IMG/VR virus record: IMGVR_UViG_3300046535_000406
Coordinates: 32,001 to 96,000 of that record
Direction: 5' to 3' (one strand)
Length of the DNA stretch: 64,000 nucleotides
DNA from: a virus
The notes beneath the pieces were generated by a model. That model ran no database searches and was not told the DNA's origin. It saw only the letters and a program-made list of their open reading frames with translations. The translations under genes were made by a program, and so were the position numbers. Shown here piece after piece: positions 61,497 through 64,000 of the stretch (positions are counted from its first letter, which is position 1; each line of letters begins with the position of its first letter).

Positions 61497-61528
61497 AGTC
61501 TGCGCCTTCCTGCTCAGGAAGTCAACAG
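61497..61528 (-). promoter_or_regulatory. phage promoter motif
   Basis: CTGTTGACTTCCTG; TTGACT-N17-CAGACT; palindrome TTCCTG-AG-CAGGAA. Confidence 0.7.
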
Positions 61529-61774
61529 GTCACGCCGAATAATCACGTCAATCGTCGTCTCGATCGAGCCCGAGTGCGCCACGAGCCCAGTTCTGGACGG
61601 CGGTCTTGCGCAGGTCCCTCTCTCGCAGGATCGCCCAGAGGCTGTCGCGCTCGACGCGCCCGATCGGCGGCACGGCCTGTCGCTCGACCTCGATGGGTTC
61701 GGCTGGTGCGCCACATCTGGTCAGGGCCGGGTGGGACTGCTTGCAGCTGGGGCACACCCGGGGGTTCAGGGTCG

Positions 61775-62299
61775 TCATGCCCAGCCTTCGTCGTCGGACC
61801 AGCCCATCAACTCGCGCAGATCGAAGCGTTTGCCCAGCGCATCCCGTATGCCGATCAGCGGCCCGGAGAACTTCGGGCTCACCAGACGGCCATCGTAGAC
61901 GTGCGCGTACTTGGGTACATACAGCGTCCCGAGGATGAAGCGCACGCCGTCCGGGGTGAGCCGCCACCAGCCAGCACGCCCGCCGTCGGGGCGCTTCTCA
62001 TGTGCTTCGAGGGTGAGTCCCCAGTAGACCAGCTTGGCGTCGTCGCCTGCGCGACCGGGTCCCCGGCCCAGCACGGTCGGCACGTCTACGAAATCGTCAG
62101 CCGCGCCCGCCCGGTACATCTTGACCAGTGCCCACGCCATCGAGGACGTGATCGTTCGCTTGTAGACCTTCGCGAACTGGGTGCAGCAGGGGCACTTGGC
62201 GCCTTCGAGGCGACGGTCGCGGAGCCATTGACGGGCATCCCCGAGCGTCATGTGATCGGGGAGGTTCGGCCCCTCGTTTGCGTCGGTGGCAACAGTCAT
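61775..62299 (-). CDS. conserved phage protein (CPCC + winged helix)
   Basis: GGAGG SD + ATG 62299; CPCC.QFAKVYKR...AKL.YWGL...G.W.LT..G..F. Confidence 0.65.
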   Translation of the reverse strand: MTVATDANEGPNLPDHMTLGDARQWLRDRRLEGAKCPCCTQFAKVYKRTITSSMAWALVKMYRAGAADDFVDVPTVLGRGPGRAGDDAKLVYWGLTLEAHEKRPDGGRAGWWRLTPDGVRFILGTLYVPKYAHVYDGRLVSPKFSGPLIGIRDALGKRFDLRELMGWSDDEGWA

Positions 62300-62315
62300 G
62301 CAGTCCTCCAATCGC

Positions 62316-62732
62316 TCATCCGAGCCATCCATTCGCGATGCCGAACAGGCTGCGTGAGTAGAGGGCGGCAGCCAGTGCGCCCAGATCGTCAACCTTGGAC
62401 AGATACGTGCGGATCACATCCCGGTTGGCAAGCTCCCATCGCTGGACGCCGTGACCGGCGCAGGTGACGATCAGGTGGGCGGCGTCCGACGGGGCGCGCT
62501 TCCCCATCATCGCGTGGTCCCGAACGTGGTCGAGCGTCATACGCTCCACGTTGGTGGCAGCCAGCACGTTGTCGAAGGTGTCGGTGCACAGGCCCGGAGC
62601 GCCCAGCATCGACGGCACGCAGGCGCCGTCGCGACGGAACACGAACGCGGCCACGTCCGGCGTCACCTTGTCCTCGGGCTTGCGCCGCCATGCCTTCAGG
62701 GGCGTCCGGCGGATCGGGGCGCTGCGCTTCAC
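62316..62732 (-). CDS. HNH-endonuclease-like protein
   Basis: KR..I.RTPL basic N-terminus, VFRRDG.C...C...LDHV...L...C..H. Confidence 0.55.
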   Translation of the reverse strand: MKRSAPIRRTPLKAWRRKPEDKVTPDVAAFVFRRDGACVPSMLGAPGLCTDTFDNVLAATNVERMTLDHVRDHAMMGKRAPSDAAHLIVTCAGHGVQRWELANRDVIRTYLSKVDDLGALAAALYSRSLFGIANGWLG

Positions 62733-63180
62733 TTGTCGTTCTCCTCGATGAACCCGGCCCACTGGTCGAGCCTCGCGGCACCTTCTGGGTGCACTCGGTC
62801 GTGCTCCTCCCGTATCTTCCGCACGACCTCCGCCGGAAGGCGGGCTGCCATCATGGCCCCGGCGATGAACAGGCCAGCTGCGAGCTTGTTGCCCTCGAAG
62901 CCGTTGACGCCTGCGTACGCCTCGGCGGTGTAGATCAGGGCGTCAGCCGCATCCGCCTTCCGCCTGCTCATGCCGGAGCCGCCTTCCGCTTCGGATGCCT
63001 GCCTCCCCGGGCCGCGCTCCCACGGTGGCTGGGGGCATCGGCGTAGGGGGACTTGCCGGTGGTCGAGATGGCCCGCTCCACGTCACCGTAGGTGCCATCG
63101 TCGCGCTGGAAGCGTTCGAGCACGTCCTGTTCGAGCGGCGGCACGATCCGCCAGCCGCCGCCCGGGAGCTTGACTTTCAT
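62729..63180 (-). CDS. two small hypothetical proteins (62729..62971, 62968..~63180)
   Basis: ATGA/GTGA coupling. Confidence 0.45.
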
Positions 63181-63839
63181 TCCGGGATCAGCCCCCGATC
63201 CTCGGCGGTGCGCTGGCACATGGCGGCAGTCTGCACCAACTCCTTCAGGGCCTTCCTGTCCGAGGTGTCACGGCCCTTGTGGCCCTGAGAGTGCCACCGC
63301 TGGACCTGCCGCCAGAACTCGCCCAACTCCTCCTTGATGATGGCGTAGCCCTCGTGGAGGCTGTTCACGGGTCCGTGGGCCTCACGGGCCTTGGCAAGCT
63401 CCGTCTCCACCATCTGGGGGAAGCTGCCGTAGCGAGGCTGCCCGGCGATGCGGCCACGCTCGATGGCGTTGGCGAACCAAGCGTGCAGGTCGTCCAGCAG
63501 CCCTTGGTCGTACGGGATGCCGGTGGCGTGGCGCTCGCCCGGCAGGGGAATGTACCTGCCCCCGAAGCGGGCCTGAAACGCCTTGGCCCATTCCATGCCG
63601 TCGGTGGTTTCGAGGGGGTCCGGCTCGGCCTTGACGGCCTCGGCCTTCACCACGTAGCTCTGCTGCTCCCGGTTCCAGTGCTCGCCGCCCATGGACTTCC
63701 ACTCGTCGTGGCTCAGATGATGGACCTTGCGGAGGTGCATCACCCACGACTGGGCGGACCCGATCGGCCCGTGCTCGGAGCACCAGTCGTGACCGTTCCC
63801 GGATATGAACGCAGGGACATCAAGCGGCAATGCTGGCAC
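63177..63839 (-). CDS. protein with C-terminal MazG-like NTP pyrophosphohydrolase domain
   Basis: AAGGAG SD + GTG 63839; EL.KA...HG...S.HEGYAIIKEEL.E.W...ELVQ.AAMC.R. Confidence 0.65.
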   Translation of the reverse strand: MPALPLDVPAFISGNGHDWCSEHGPIGSAQSWVMHLRKVHHLSHDEWKSMGGEHWNREQQSYVVKAEAVKAEPDPLETTDGMEWAKAFQARFGGRYIPLPGERHATGIPYDQGLLDDLHAWFANAIERGRIAGQPRYGSFPQMVETELAKAREAHGPVNSLHEGYAIIKEELGEFWRQVQRWHSQGHKGRDTSDRKALKELVQTAAMCQRTAEDRGLIPE

Positions 63840-64000
63840 TGGCGACTCCTTCGCTGTTCTGGGTGACCTCGATGCGGTGCGCTCCCATGCGCTCCAACCG
63901 CTCGATGACATCTGGGTGGTGGGACACGACGAGGATGCGGGTGAAGTCGTCGGCGATCGACGCGAGGGTGTCAAGCACGGCGTTGCGCCCAGCGTCGTCC

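Noticed and set aside
1-64000. Prophage boundaries, integrase or att sites
   Set aside because: No integrase, host genes or att-like duplication seen in the window, so lifestyle cannot be called.

Overview
The whole window reads as part of the genome of a GC-rich tailed dsDNA phage. No host housekeeping genes, integrase, rRNA, tRNA or CRISPR array were seen. Almost all real genes are on the minus strand, so the order from right to left is: early/accessory small genes (MazG-like, HNH-like, DUF932); a short plus-strand island (wHTH protein and sulfotransferase-like protein); terminase small and large subunits; about 24 kb of small accessory genes (SprT-like protease, RusA-like resolvase, DNA methyltransferase, HAD phosphatase, an effector operon and a small virion-protein cluster); portal; a giant ~6,700-aa MuF-type head protein; prohead protease/scaffold; two DUF2190-like capsid cement proteins; and a Mu gpT-like major capsid protein. 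Two things stand out. (1) The giant MuF protein appears to carry two zincin peptidases, two HipA/PI3K-like kinases, a Nudix hydrolase, one or two ADP-ribosyltransferase-like domains and about 40 KOW/SH3-like repeats. (2) A peptide tag, phi-x-E|(S/A/G)...H(F/Y)YGAWxGG...GGH, occurs once in the protease/scaffold and four times in two stand-alone effector proteins (a Tas1/Apk2-like alarmone synthetase with a candidate immunity gene, and a zincin+ParB protein). This suggests a protease-coupled route for loading effectors into the capsid. A phage-specific promoter motif (CTRTTGACTYCCTG) and several candidate structured RNAs were also found. All domain calls come from motif recognition by eye; no searches were run.
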